From: an uncultured Candidatus Saccharibacteria bacterium
Lineage (GTDB): Bacteria > Patescibacteriota > Minisyncoccia > UBA6257 > CAYRSR01
Direction: 5' to 3'
Length of the DNA stretch: 64,000 nt
Assembly: GCA_964427275.1 (NCBI GenBank)
Contig: CAYRSR010000003.1
Coordinates: 168 to 64,167, forward strand
Positions 30,466 through 39,599 of the stretch are shown here, one piece after another (the stretch's first letter is position 1; every line of letters starts with the position of its first letter). The position numbers and the translations under genes were made by a program. Under the pieces are notes generated by a model. It saw only the letters and a program-made list of their open reading frames with translations. It made no database searches and was not told the DNA's origin.

Positions 30466-30738
30466 AATTCAAGAATTGAATAGGCAACTATTTCTAATTT
30501 GCAATTTTTAATTCACAATTTTTAATTTTCAATCAATTTTCAATTTTCAATTACCAATTTATAAATTTTAACATTAAATCATTTTGAGTTTTAAATTGCC
30601 TGCCCGCCAATCGTCCGACGGCTCAAGGCGTCTGGCAGGCGGGTAATTTTTAATTTTGATATTTGAATTTTAAATTTTATTTTGTAGATTGGCATCATAC
30701 ATTGTAAATTCGTTGATAACCTTATATATTAATTTTCA

Positions 30739-30777
30739 AATGCAACGTTGTATGCAACGTTGCATACAACGTGCTAA
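30739..30777. promoter_or_regulatory. cluster of CAACGTTG palindromes (putative operator) about 80 nt upstream of recG
   Basis: ATGCAACGTTGTATGCAACGTTGCATACAACGTGC contains a perfect 12-bp palindrome TGCAACGTTGCA flanked by CAACGTTG half-sites. The whole forms a near-perfect 36-bp palindrome. Confidence 0.4.
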
Positions 30778-30854
30778 AAATTGATAGAATCTATTCCCGC
30801 TCCCTCATATTCTTAGAAATTTACTATTTAGTCAAAATCAGCTAATATAATTAA

Positions 30855-32969
30855 ATGCTTGAATTGAATACACCACTTAATCAAGTTCCAGGTTTAGGTT
30901 ATAGATTTTTAAAAAAATTTAACAAACTGAATTTAATCACAGTTAAAGATTTACTCTGGCATTTTCCTTCTAGGTACGAAGATTTTTCCAGAGTTAAAAA
31001 AATTGCCGATGTTAGAATTGGAGAACAGCTAACTATTCAGGGACAGGTGAAAACTATTTCAGCATTCAGAACTCCTAAAAAAAGAATGAAAATAGTTCAG
31101 GCATTAATCAGTGATGGTAGTGGAACCATCCAGGCTATTTGGTTTAACCAATTTTATATTCGAACTAGACTAAAAAAAGGAACTCTAGTTAACTTGGCTG
31201 GAAAAGTTAGTGTATATAAAAATAAGCTTTGTTTAAATAATCCAACTTACGAAATTCTCAAAAACAAAGTCCCAATTCACACTGCTAGAATTGTTCCAAT
31301 TTATCCTGAAACCAAAGGACTAACCTCAAAAGGAATTCGGCATTTCATTAGAAAGATTTTGATGAATCTTAAGCCAATCCCCGAATTTCTGCCAAAATTA
31401 GCCTTAGTTGAGCTTAACTTCCCAGAAATAAACAAAGCTTTATGGCAAATTCATTTCCCTGAAAATTTATCAGAAATAAATCCAGCTAAAAAAAGATTTG
31501 CATTCCAGGATTTATTTTTACTCCAATTAAACAATTTAATTGAAAGGTGGAATATCAGAAAACATAAAGCCTATCCATTCAAAATTGATTATAAACGAAT
31601 TAAGCAACTTTTAGCCAAGCTTCCGTTTCAATTAACTATTTCTCAAAAAAAATGCCTATTTCAAATTCTAAAAGACTTACAAAATGAATATCCAATGAAT
31701 CGTTTACTTCAAGGAGAAGTTGGTTCAGGAAAAACTATTTTAAGCTTTCTGGCAGCCAATGTTGTAGCTGAACAAAACCAGCAAGTTGCCCTGCTTGCAC
31801 CTACCGAAATTTTAGCATTTCAGCATTATCAAGCTTTTAAAAAATTTTTTCCTAAGTTTGAAAAAGGAGTTTGTATTTTAACTTCCAAACAAAAAAGAAT
31901 TTTTTATTCAGAAAAATTGGAATGTAAAACTACCAAAAAAGAACTATTACCTCTAATAGAATCAGGTAAAATCAAAATAGTAATTGGTACTCAAACTTTG
32001 ATCCAAAAAGAGGTTAAATTTAGTAATTTAGCTTTAGTAGTAATTGACGAACAACATAGATTTGGCGTAAAACAAAGAGCTAAATTACTTAAAGAAGGTA
32101 CTACAAATATCCCTCACTTTCTATCTATGACTGCTACTCCAATTCCCAGAACTCTAGGTTTAGCTATTTTCGGTGACCTGGATATGTCTAGAATTGAAGA
32201 ACTTCCTAAAAATCGAAAGCCAGTAATCACCAAAATAATTCCTCCAAAAAAAAGAAAACAAGCTTATTCATTTATTAGAGCTGAAATTAAGAAAGGAAAT
32301 CAGGCTTTTGTAGTTTGTCCAAGGATAGAACCCACTAATAAAGAAGCTAATAATCTAAATAGAAAAAAATTAATCTGGGCTGAAGTAAAGGCAGTAAAAG
32401 AAGAATATCAAAAGTTATCTAAAAAAATTTTTCCCGATTTAAAAGTTGAAATGCTCCATGGGAAGATGGATTCAGAGAAGAAGGAAAAGATTATAAACCG
32501 ATTTAAAGATGGAAAAATTGATATTTTAGTTTCAACTTCAGTAATTGAAGTTGGAATTGATATTCCTAACGCTACTATTATGGTAATTGAAGGGGCAGAA
32601 AGATTTGGATTAGCTCAACTTTATCAACTCAGGGGAAGAGTTGGGAGAAGAGAAAAACAATCTTATTGCTTTTTATTCAGTGATTTAGAATCAAAAACAT
32701 CCAGACAAAGACTAGAATCAATAATTAAAGCTAAAAATGCTTTTGAGTTAGCTGAGCAGGATCTGAAACTAAGAGGACCGGGTGAATTTTTAGGAGAAAG
32801 TCAAACTGGACTCCCAGATTTAGCAATGCAAGCCTTAAATAATCCAGAATTAGTAAAAGTTTCTAGAGAAATTGCAATAAAAACCTTAAAAATTGACCCA
32901 AGCTTAAAAGCTTTTCCAGAACTAAGAAAGAAAGTGATTGAGTTTTACAAAGAAGTACATCTGGAATAA
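30855..32969 (+). CDS. recG: ATP-dependent DNA helicase RecG
   Basis: Wedge domain plus SF2 helicase motifs (GEVGSGKT, DEQHRFG, YQLRGRVGR). Confidence 0.88.
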   Translation: MLELNTPLNQVPGLGYRFLKKFNKLNLITVKDLLWHFPSRYEDFSRVKKIADVRIGEQLTIQGQVKTISAFRTPKKRMKIVQALISDGSGTIQAIWFNQFYIRTRLKKGTLVNLAGKVSVYKNKLCLNNPTYEILKNKVPIHTARIVPIYPETKGLTSKGIRHFIRKILMNLKPIPEFLPKLALVELNFPEINKALWQIHFPENLSEINPAKKRFAFQDLFLLQLNNLIERWNIRKHKAYPFKIDYKRIKQLLAKLPFQLTISQKKCLFQILKDLQNEYPMNRLLQGEVGSGKTILSFLAANVVAEQNQQVALLAPTEILAFQHYQAFKKFFPKFEKGVCILTSKQKRIFYSEKLECKTTKKELLPLIESGKIKIVIGTQTLIQKEVKFSNLALVVIDEQHRFGVKQRAKLLKEGTTNIPHFLSMTATPIPRTLGLAIFGDLDMSRIEELPKNRKPVITKIIPPKKRKQAYSFIRAEIKKGNQAFVVCPRIEPTNKEANNLNRKKLIWAEVKAVKEEYQKLSKKIFPDLKVEMLHGKMDSEKKEKIINRFKDGKIDILVSTSVIEVGIDIPNATIMVIEGAERFGLAQLYQLRGRVGRREKQSYCFLFSDLESKTSRQRLESIIKAKNAFELAEQDLKLRGPGEFLGESQTGLPDLAMQALNNPELVKVSREIAIKTLKIDPSLKAFPELRKKVIEFYKEVHLE

Positions 32970-33097
32970 ATTTTCGAAATTCTTTTAAAATTAAGGATAT
33001 CGACAGTCGGTTCGATTACTGTTACTATTATTCCAGCCAATATTAGCAAAACAACTACAACTATTAACAATTCAATCAAAGTGAATCCATTCTTCAT
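32945..33097 (-). CDS. short type IV pilin-like protein (class III signal peptide), 50 aa
   Basis: Unlisted ORF MKNGFTLIELLIVVVVLLILAGIIVTVIEPTVDILNFKRISKIYSRCTSL. It has the canonical prepilin cleavage/methylation motif G|FTLIEL with Glu at +5. It overlaps the recG 3' end by 25 nt on the opposite strand. Confidence 0.5.
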   Translation of the reverse strand: MKNGFTLIELLIVVVVLLILAGIIVTVIEPTVDILNFKRISKIYSRCTSL

Positions 33098-33162
33098 TTT
33101 TAACTTTCTTATTAGTATACCACGAGATTGACAAACGATAAGTTGGTAAGCTTACTTTTATA

Positions 33163-33247
33163 AAAAATGGGGGACAAATCTTTCGATTCGTCCCCCAGTG
33201 GAGCTGGTTGGTCCTCTATTCCGAAGAATAGATTTCCTTCCAGCTCC
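33163..33247 (-). ncRNA. second (inverted) copy of the candidate structured RNA/attenuator, upstream of the pilin-like ORF
   Basis: Same two hairpins on the minus strand. The promoter-like TTGACA is at 33277-33282 (minus sense), and a U6 tract follows the terminator hairpin, about 70 nt before the pilin ATG. Confidence 0.3.
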
Positions 33248-33300
33248 ACTATTAATGTTATTCAATTAAGATAATTTGTCAAGGGTTTGATTGTGGATAA
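33166..33300 (-). repeat. right copy of the 135-bp inverted repeat
   Basis: Reverse complement of 30328-30462 with 3-4 mismatches. Confidence 0.8.
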
Positions 33301-33490
33301 CTTTTATAGGTTATCAACCAATTTGCAATATATGATGCCAATCTGCAAAAGTTAAAAATTTAAAGTGTGAAAATCAAAATGTAAAAAGGTCATCAACGAA
33401 TTTACGAATAAAAGTTAGAAATTAGAAGTTAGAAGTTGGAAGTTGATAATTGATTGAAAATTAGAAATTGAAAATTGTAAATTGAATTAT

Positions 33491-33519
33491 TTGCCACTCT
33501 TAGGTTTTTGTGCTAAAAT
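33491..33519 (+). promoter_or_regulatory. promoter TTGCCA-17-TAAAAT that ends 6 nt before the ATG (leaderless)
   Basis: TTGCCA at 33491-33496, TAAAAT at 33514-33519 and ATG at 33526. Confidence 0.45.
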
Positions 33520-33525
33520 CTAATT

Positions 33526-34104
33526 ATGATTATTCAGTGGTACGGAGAAAATTGTTTCAGATTAAAAATTGGAGATACATCAATTCTGACCGACCCTACT
33601 AATAAAAAACTAAAAGGAGATTTAACTATTTACACCTCATATCCGTTTAAGGATTTAGAAAAATTTCAGTCAGCTGGAATAATAAATTACCCCGGGGAAT
33701 ACGAATTAAAAAATATCTTTGTAACCGGGTTTTTAAATCCTGGTTCAAATCAGCAAACTATTAAGACAATTTATCAAATTTCCTGGAATAATTTTTTGAT
33801 TGGAATTTTAGGGTATTTGAAACCAAAAGAATTAAATGAATGGCAGAAGGAACTTGGTAATATTGACATCTTATTTATTCCGGTTGGTGGAAAGCCATTT
33901 ATTTCAATTGAACAAGCGGTTGAATTAGTGAAATATTTTAAACCTAAGTTGGTGATTCCTACTCTATTTAAGCAAATTAAGCAGGTTAGTTTATTTGCCA
34001 AGCAACTTGGAAAATTTAAATTAAAACCTCAACTTAAAATAGCTATAACCAGTTCAGGTTTAGAACGACAGGAATTGGAAATAGGTTGTTTAACCAAAAG
34101 CTAA
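33526..34104 (+). CDS. MBL-fold metal-dependent hydrolase (UPF0173-like)
   Basis: MIIQWYGENCFRL...TDP in the N-terminus, resembling the MKIQWLGHSCF-type hydrolase family. Confidence 0.55.
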   Translation: MIIQWYGENCFRLKIGDTSILTDPTNKKLKGDLTIYTSYPFKDLEKFQSAGIINYPGEYELKNIFVTGFLNPGSNQQTIKTIYQISWNNFLIGILGYLKPKELNEWQKELGNIDILFIPVGGKPFISIEQAVELVKYFKPKLVIPTLFKQIKQVSLFAKQLGKFKLKPQLKIAITSSGLERQELEIGCLTKS

Positions 34105-34108
34105 AAAA

Positions 34109-34342
34109 TTGACTATCTACCAAAAAAAGATCTGGTTAGTTTTTTTAACCGCTGTTACCATGACAATGGTGATAACTATCTGGCTAAAAACTATTGATAT
34201 TGATTTTTCTACAAGCCAGACTAAAGAATTTAAAGAGCTGAAATCAGCTTTTCAAGAAGTTAAGGAAAGTTTTCGAAAAGCAAAAAAAGAATTCCAGCAG
34301 TTACAAAACTTATCAACCACTACTACTTCAACTAGCTACTAA
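34109..34342 (+). CDS. small membrane protein (hypothetical)
   Basis: 77 aa with an N-terminal transmembrane helix and a polar coiled tail, between the MBL gene and gyrA. Confidence 0.3.
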   Translation: MTIYQKKIWLVFLTAVTMTMVITIWLKTIDIDFSTSQTKEFKELKSAFQEVKESFRKAKKEFQQLQNLSTTTTSTSY

Positions 34343-34343
34343 T

Positions 34344-36746
34344 ATGAAAAGGCTAAAAAAAGTCAGTATATCAAAAGAATTGCAGGATTCTTACCTGGAC
34401 TATGCTATGTCTGTAATTATATCCAGGGCTATTCCAGATGCCAGAGATGGATTGAAACCGGTTCAAAGAAGAATTTTGTATTCAATGTATAAAATGGGAT
34501 TAACTTTTAGTGCTAAATTTAAAAAGACTGCTACAGTAGTGGGAGAAACCTTGGGTAAGTATCACCCACATGGAGATGCTTCGGTATATGACGCTCTTAC
34601 TAGAATGGCTCAGGATTTTTCATTGAGGTATCCTTTAATTCTGGGGCAAGGAAACTTTGGAAGTATTGATGATCCTCCTGCTCAGATGAGATACACTGAA
34701 GCTAAGCTTTCTCCACTTGGAGAAAAACTACTGGAGGATATTGAAAAGGACACTGTGGATTTTATCCCGAATTATGATGAATCTTTAGTTGAGCCAAAGG
34801 TTTTACCAGCACCTTATCCTCAATTATTAGTAAATGGTAGCCTAGGAATTGCTGTAGGAACTGCTACAAGTATTCCCTGTCATAATTTATCTGAGGTAAT
34901 TGATGCAACCATATATTTAATTGACCATCCAAATTGCTTAACCAAGAACTTGATTAAATTTATTCCTGGACCCGATTTTCCTACTGGAGCAAAAATCTAT
35001 GCTGAAAAAATAGAAGAAATTTATAGTATTGGAAGAGGAGCTATTACAGTTAGGAGCAAAGCTGATATTCAACCAGGTAAAATAGTAATTTTTGAGCTTC
35101 CTTATCAGGTCAGCAAAGCTGATTTAGTAGCTAAAATAGCCAGGCTAGCTCAGGATAATCCAGTACTGGGAATAAAAGAAGTTAGAGACGAAAGCAGTAA
35201 ACAGGGAACCAGAATAGTAATTGACTTAAAGCCAGATGTCATTCCTAAAAAAACCCTTAATTTTCTGTATGCCCGAACTAATTTACAGCAGGATTTCCAC
35301 TTTAATATGGTTGCTTTAAAAGATGGCATTCAGCCAAAAACCTGTAGTCTAAAAGACTTATTAGTTTATTGGCTGGAGCATCGAAAACAGGTGATTACCA
35401 GAAAAACTAAGTTTGATTTAGATAAACTTGAAAAGCGAGCTCATATCCTTGAAGGTTTAACCTCCTGCCTGGGCAAGATTGATAAAGTAATTGCTACTAT
35501 CAAAAAATCCAAGGATAGAAATACTGCTCTGGAAAACTTGATTCAAAAATTTAAGTTTACCAAGGTTCAAGCGGAAGCAATTTTAGAAATGAAATTGCAA
35601 AGTCTGGCTAATTTAGAAAGAAAAAAACTTAGGGATGAATTGGAACAAAAAAGAAAACAAATCAAAGAATTAAAACTTATTCTTAAAAATCCTCAAAAAA
35701 TATTAACTATAATTAAGGAAGAATTGAAACAAATTAAACAAAAATATGGGGATTCAAGAAGGTCAGAGATTGTTCACGGGAAATTAAAAGAATTTAAAGA
35801 ATTAGATCTTATCCCTCAGGAGGATGCAATTGTTATCTTAACCAGAAACAATTATGTTAAAAGATTATCCCCGCTTAGTTTCAGGATTCAAAAAAGAGGA
35901 GGAACTGGAATAGCTGGACTGGAATTAAGAGAAGAGGACCAGGTTAATTTCTTTCTGGCCACTAAAACCCATCACTTAATTTTGTTCTTTACCAATCAAG
36001 GAAAAGTTCTTCAAAGTAGAGTTTATGAAATACCCAAAACTAAACGGACTGCCAAAGGAAAATTGATTTACAATTTTTTGCAACTTTCTCCTCAAGAAAA
36101 AATCAGTGCAGTAAAAAGCTTTGATCCTTCTTTACCTCCAGATTATTTAGTAATGGTTACCAAACGAGGATTTATTAAGAAAACAAAGCTGGATCAATTT
36201 AAAAACATTCGCAGAACTGGAATCAGAGCGTTTAAATTGGCTAAAAATGATAGTTTATCTTTTGTTGGATTTTGTTCTAAAGGTGACCAGATAATTATAA
36301 CTACCACTAATGGTCTGTCGATAAGATTTAAACAAGACCAAGTTAAGGAAAGGGGAAGGACCGCAGGAGGAATAAACGCAATTAAGTTAAAAGGTAACGA
36401 CCAGGTTTGTGGAATGGATATAATTAAAAGTAAAGATTTGAAAACAGGTGCTCTAATGGTGGTTAGCGAAAATGGATTTGCCAAACAAACTCCAATTAAG
36501 GATTACCGCCTGCAAAAAAGAGGAGGAACTGGAATAACTACTGCCAGATTAACTGAATCTACCGGGAAATTGGTTTCTTGTCGGGTAATTAGTCCTGAAT
36601 ATGCCAGTGTACTGTTTATTACCAATCGGGGGCAAATTTTAAAAACCAGTTTAAAAACTATTCGAAAATCAAAGCGCAATACCAAAGGAGTAAAGATAAT
36701 GAACCTAAAGGAAGGTGATAAAATAAAACAATTTATTTGCCTTTAA
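34344..36746 (+). CDS. gyrA: DNA gyrase subunit A
   Basis: [26 protein letters not shown], the active-site Tyr region and a C-terminal beta-pinwheel. Confidence 0.93.
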   Translation: MKRLKKVSISKELQDSYLDYAMSVIISRAIPDARDGLKPVQRRILYSMYKMGLTFSAKFKKTATVVGETLGKYHPHGDASVYDALTRMAQDFSLRYPLILGQGNFGSIDDPPAQMRYTEAKLSPLGEKLLEDIEKDTVDFIPNYDESLVEPKVLPAPYPQLLVNGSLGIAVGTATSIPCHNLSEVIDATIYLIDHPNCLTKNLIKFIPGPDFPTGAKIYAEKIEEIYSIGRGAITVRSKADIQPGKIVIFELPYQVSKADLVAKIARLAQDNPVLGIKEVRDESSKQGTRIVIDLKPDVIPKKTLNFLYARTNLQQDFHFNMVALKDGIQPKTCSLKDLLVYWLEHRKQVITRKTKFDLDKLEKRAHILEGLTSCLGKIDKVIATIKKSKDRNTALENLIQKFKFTKVQAEAILEMKLQSLANLERKKLRDELEQKRKQIKELKLILKNPQKILTIIKEELKQIKQKYGDSRRSEIVHGKLKEFKELDLIPQEDAIVILTRNNYVKRLSPLSFRIQKRGGTGIAGLELREEDQVNFFLATKTHHLILFFTNQGKVLQSRVYEIPKTKRTAKGKLIYNFLQLSPQEKISAVKSFDPSLPPDYLVMVTKRGFIKKTKLDQFKNIRRTGIRAFKLAKNDSLSFVGFCSKGDQIIITTTNGLSIRFKQDQVKERGRTAGGINAIKLKGNDQVCGMDIIKSKDLKTGALMVVSENGFAKQTPIKDYRLQKRGGTGITTARLTESTGKLVSCRVISPEYASVLFITNRGQILKTSLKTIRKSKRNTKGVKIMNLKEGDKIKQFICL

Positions 36747-36749
36747 AAA

Positions 36750-37997
36750 ATGGAGTTAAGAAAAAATCAAATAATTATTTTGGGAGCTTTAGGAATAATA
36801 ATTCTATTCCTTGTTTTACTTTTTTCGGGAATTATACCTGGATTAAGACCTATAAGAAGAGTCAGGAAAATAGAGCTAGAATTCTGGGGAATAGAAGATA
36901 TTTCAGTTTATCGGGATTTTATTGATCAATTCTGTGAAAGTTATCCTAACCTAAAAATAAACTATCGAAGAATTCCAGAAAGTGATTATGAAACTGAATT
37001 AATAAACGGATTAGCCTCTTTGAAAGGACCGGATATATTAATGATTAAAAATACCTGGCTTTTGAAGCACTATGATAAAATTTCTCCTCTACCACCAGAA
37101 AGATTTGGAGTCAAAGACCTACAAAAGTTGTTTCCCAAGGTAGTTGAGCAAGATTTTGCCTTGAGCCAACGAGTTTATGCTTTACCTCTGTCAATCTATG
37201 CTTTAAGTTTGATTTATAATCAGGATATGTTAGAAACAGTCGGAATTGCTACTTTACCGGAAACCTGGCTGGAATTCCAGAAAATTGTTCCCAGGTTAAC
37301 TGAATTTGAACATGGCTCTCTGGTTAAAGCAGCTGCAGCTATTGGTGGTTCAAATAAGAGTATTCACAAGGCTACTGATTTGTTATTTGCTCTAATGCTT
37401 CAGAGTGGATGCCCAATGGTTGACAAGAAGGTTACTCGAGCTATTTTTGGTCCCGGGATAGAAGCATTAGATTTTTATACTCATTTTGCTAATGCCCAGA
37501 ATAGAGACTATACCTGGAACGAGAAATTTGGCTACTCTCTTGATGCTTTTTGTAAAGAAAAAGTAGCTATGATTTTTGACTATTCCTATATACTTCCCTT
37601 GCTGGAGCAAAAAAATCCTTATTTGAGGATAGGAATAGCTCCTCTTCCTCAATTGGATCCTGACAATCCGATAAATTATGCTGACTATTGGGGATACAGT
37701 GTATCTAATCAGAGTAAGTATCCAGAAATCAGCTGGGATTTTGTTTTAAGTCTAACTACCAACAAACAAAACGTTTATAGTTATCTTCAAAAGACCGGTA
37801 ATCCTCCAGCTTTGAGAGATTTTATAGAAGAACCCCAAACTTTAACTGCTCGGTCCTGGCCACAGGTTGATGCTAAAAAAATCAGTCAAGTCTTTAGCAG
37901 AGCAATTGAGGAGGTAATAACTGGGAAAAAGACTGTTTCTGATGTTTTAGGAGAGGTTGAGTTGCAGGTTACCGAATTAATCAGAACCAGGTTCTAG
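36750..37997 (+). CDS. extracellular solute-binding protein (ABC family 1, sugar type), orphan
   Basis: N-terminal transmembrane anchor and an SBP_bac_1-like layout. No permease or ATPase is adjacent. Confidence 0.55.
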   Translation: MELRKNQIIILGALGIIILFLVLLFSGIIPGLRPIRRVRKIELEFWGIEDISVYRDFIDQFCESYPNLKINYRRIPESDYETELINGLASLKGPDILMIKNTWLLKHYDKISPLPPERFGVKDLQKLFPKVVEQDFALSQRVYALPLSIYALSLIYNQDMLETVGIATLPETWLEFQKIVPRLTEFEHGSLVKAAAAIGGSNKSIHKATDLLFALMLQSGCPMVDKKVTRAIFGPGIEALDFYTHFANAQNRDYTWNEKFGYSLDAFCKEKVAMIFDYSYILPLLEQKNPYLRIGIAPLPQLDPDNPINYADYWGYSVSNQSKYPEISWDFVLSLTTNKQNVYSYLQKTGNPPALRDFIEEPQTLTARSWPQVDAKKISQVFSRAIEEVITGKKTVSDVLGEVELQVTELIRTRF

Positions 37998-38025
37998 TCA
38001 AAAAACAATTGAAAGTTTTAGTATT

Positions 38026-38415
38026 TTGGTTTATAATCTAAGTATGTATAAGTTTATAATCCTGGCTGGGTTAATGCCTGAATGTCCTGAAACTGGGTGC
38101 ACTTTTTGTAATTTAATGCAGTTGGGAGAAAACATCTTAGATTTTTTAATTGGGTTAGCTATTCCAGTTAGTGTTGGTTTTATTGCCTGGGGTGGAATAA
38201 TATTAATAACCGCTGGTGGTAGTGAAAGAAAAGTAAGTGAAGGTAGAAGGATTGTTACTGGTGCAATAACTGGATTAGTTATTGTGCTTTGTTCCTGGTT
38301 AATTTTAAGTACACTCCTTCAGATAATTGCCGGGCAGGAGTGGTACAAACCCTGGAAAAAAATTGAATGTCTTTCAAGTCAAAAACTAGCCAGGGTTGAA
38401 CTTAAAAGATTATGA
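38026..38415 (+). CDS. small two-helix membrane protein, VirB2/TrbC-pilin-like (paralog 1)
   Basis: Helix-GG-loop-helix layout ending ...LLQIIAG. It shares a motif with the next two ORFs. It has an N-terminal Cys cluster CPETGCTFC. Confidence 0.35.
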   Translation: MVYNLSMYKFIILAGLMPECPETGCTFCNLMQLGENILDFLIGLAIPVSVGFIAWGGIILITAGGSERKVSEGRRIVTGAITGLVIVLCSWLILSTLLQIIAGQEWYKPWKKIECLSSQKLARVELKRL

Positions 38416-38738
38416 TTTTATCAATTGTTCACAAAGTTTTAGCAGTAGAATTACCTAATCCGCTAAGGGCTGAAAGTATTGCTGAAGTGATTGAAAGAGT
38501 TATTGACGGATTAATGTGGGTAGCTACCCCGCTGGCTACCATAATGATTTTAGTGGCAGCTTTTCAGTATATGACTTCTGGGGGAAATCCGGAAAACATA
38601 AATCGAGCCAAAAGAACTCTACTTTGGACAGTAATTGGTTATGGAATAATTTTGGTTTCAAGAGGAATAATAGAAATAGTTCAACAACTATTAGGAGCTC
38701 CAGCTTCACCTCCAACTCCACCATTAATTTCAGTTTAA
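38412..38738 (+). CDS. small two-helix membrane protein, VirB2/TrbC-pilin-like (paralog 2)
   Basis: Shared motif AAFQYMTSGGNPENINRAKRTLLWTVIGYGIILVSRGIIEIVQQLLGA. Confidence 0.35.
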   Translation: MILSIVHKVLAVELPNPLRAESIAEVIERVIDGLMWVATPLATIMILVAAFQYMTSGGNPENINRAKRTLLWTVIGYGIILVSRGIIEIVQQLLGAPASPPTPPLISV

Positions 38739-38806
38739 AAACATTAAACTTGACAAGAGGGTAATTAATGGTTAAATAAGATAAAGGTCGAGAGTTTGAA
38801 TAAAAA

Positions 38807-39139
38807 ATGAAGATTATCAAACAAATTTTACCTCTAGTAGTGTTATTTTCAGTAGTGTCACTTCCCTTATTAGCTATCGAGCATGCTCCTGCACCGGTTA
38901 GAAGCATTGAGGATGTAATTGCTATATTAAACCGAGTTGTTGATTGGTTCTTTACTATACTGATGATAGTAGCAGTAATATTTATTTTTGTGGCTGCTGT
39001 TGGATATTTAACCAGTGGCGGGAAGGAGGATAAGATTATTAAAGCTCAAAGACAGTTTATTTATGCTGTAGTAGCAATTGGCATAGCTCTAGTTGCTCGA
39101 GGAATAGAATTTATTGTTAGACAATTACTTGGAGCTTAA
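38807..39139 (+). CDS. small two-helix membrane protein, VirB2/TrbC-pilin-like (paralog 3)
   Basis: Signal peptide plus AAVGYLTSGGKEDKIIKAQRQFIYAVVAIGIALVARGIEFIVRQLLGA. An AAAGGTCGA motif sits 14 nt upstream. Confidence 0.35.
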   Translation: MKIIKQILPLVVLFSVVSLPLLAIEHAPAPVRSIEDVIAILNRVVDWFFTILMIVAVIFIFVAAVGYLTSGGKEDKIIKAQRQFIYAVVAIGIALVARGIEFIVRQLLGA

Positions 39140-39205
39140 GTTTAATTGGTGTTTTTAGTTGAATTTGAAGCTCTGAATATTTCAGGGTTTCTAGTTTGTA
39201 GTTCC

Positions 39206-39287
39206 GGGCAGATGGCGGAACTGGAATACGCGTACGGCTTAGGACCGTATCCCGAAAGGGGTGAGGGTTCGAGTCCCTCTCTGCCCA
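39206..39287 (+). tRNA. tRNA-Leu (TAG)
   Basis: Acceptor GGGCAGA/TCTGCCC, anticodon stem-loop UACGG-CUUAGGA-CCGUA, long variable arm, T-loop TTCGAGT. Confidence 0.8.
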
Positions 39288-39454
39288 CACTTAGTATAAA
39301 CTTACTTAATTAAACTGGACTTTTAAGGTCGATTTATACCTGTCTTGATTTTAACTTTTTATACTTTCTTTTATGTCTTCCTTGACCGGGAGAGATAAGC
39401 TAGAAAGTATAAAAATAGTAGAGGAAGGCAGGGAAAGTAATTCTCAAGTTCTCA

Positions 39455-39522
39455 AGAACATTAGAATACTAGCAGAAGAAAAAGGACAACTCTTAAGTTC
39501 TTGAGAACATTAGAATAATTTC
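39455..39522. promoter_or_regulatory. two 22-bp direct repeats with a palindromic core GTTCTYRAGAAC (putative ArsR-family operator)
   Basis: AGTTCTCAAGAACATTAGAATA and AGTTCTTGAGAACATTAGAATA. A third copy (GTTCTTAAGAACATTGGAGTA) is at 39863-39886. Confidence 0.4.
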
Positions 39523-39599
39523 ACCTTCCGAAAATATACAAAATAGGTAAAAAATGATATAATTTTAAAAGCAGATAAATTGATAGATGTAAATTAAAT

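Noticed and set aside
30497-30575. CRISPR array considered for the (CAATTTT)n region and for the 23-bp direct repeats at 39455-39522
   Set aside because: The repeats are 7-bp AT tracts or only two or three copies with no regular spacer architecture, and there are no cas genes. The 23-bp repeats are better explained as regulator operators.
30594-30650. glmS ribozyme considered because of the structured GC-rich element near glmS
   Set aside because: The element lies downstream of the gene. The ribozyme sits in the 5' UTR, and the conserved glmS core pseudoknot sequences are not present.
36737-36925. 62-aa ORF overlapping the gyrA stop and the SBP start
   Set aside because: It is out of frame with, and fully overlapped by, the 415-aa SBP gene, which has a clear transmembrane-anchored N-terminus.
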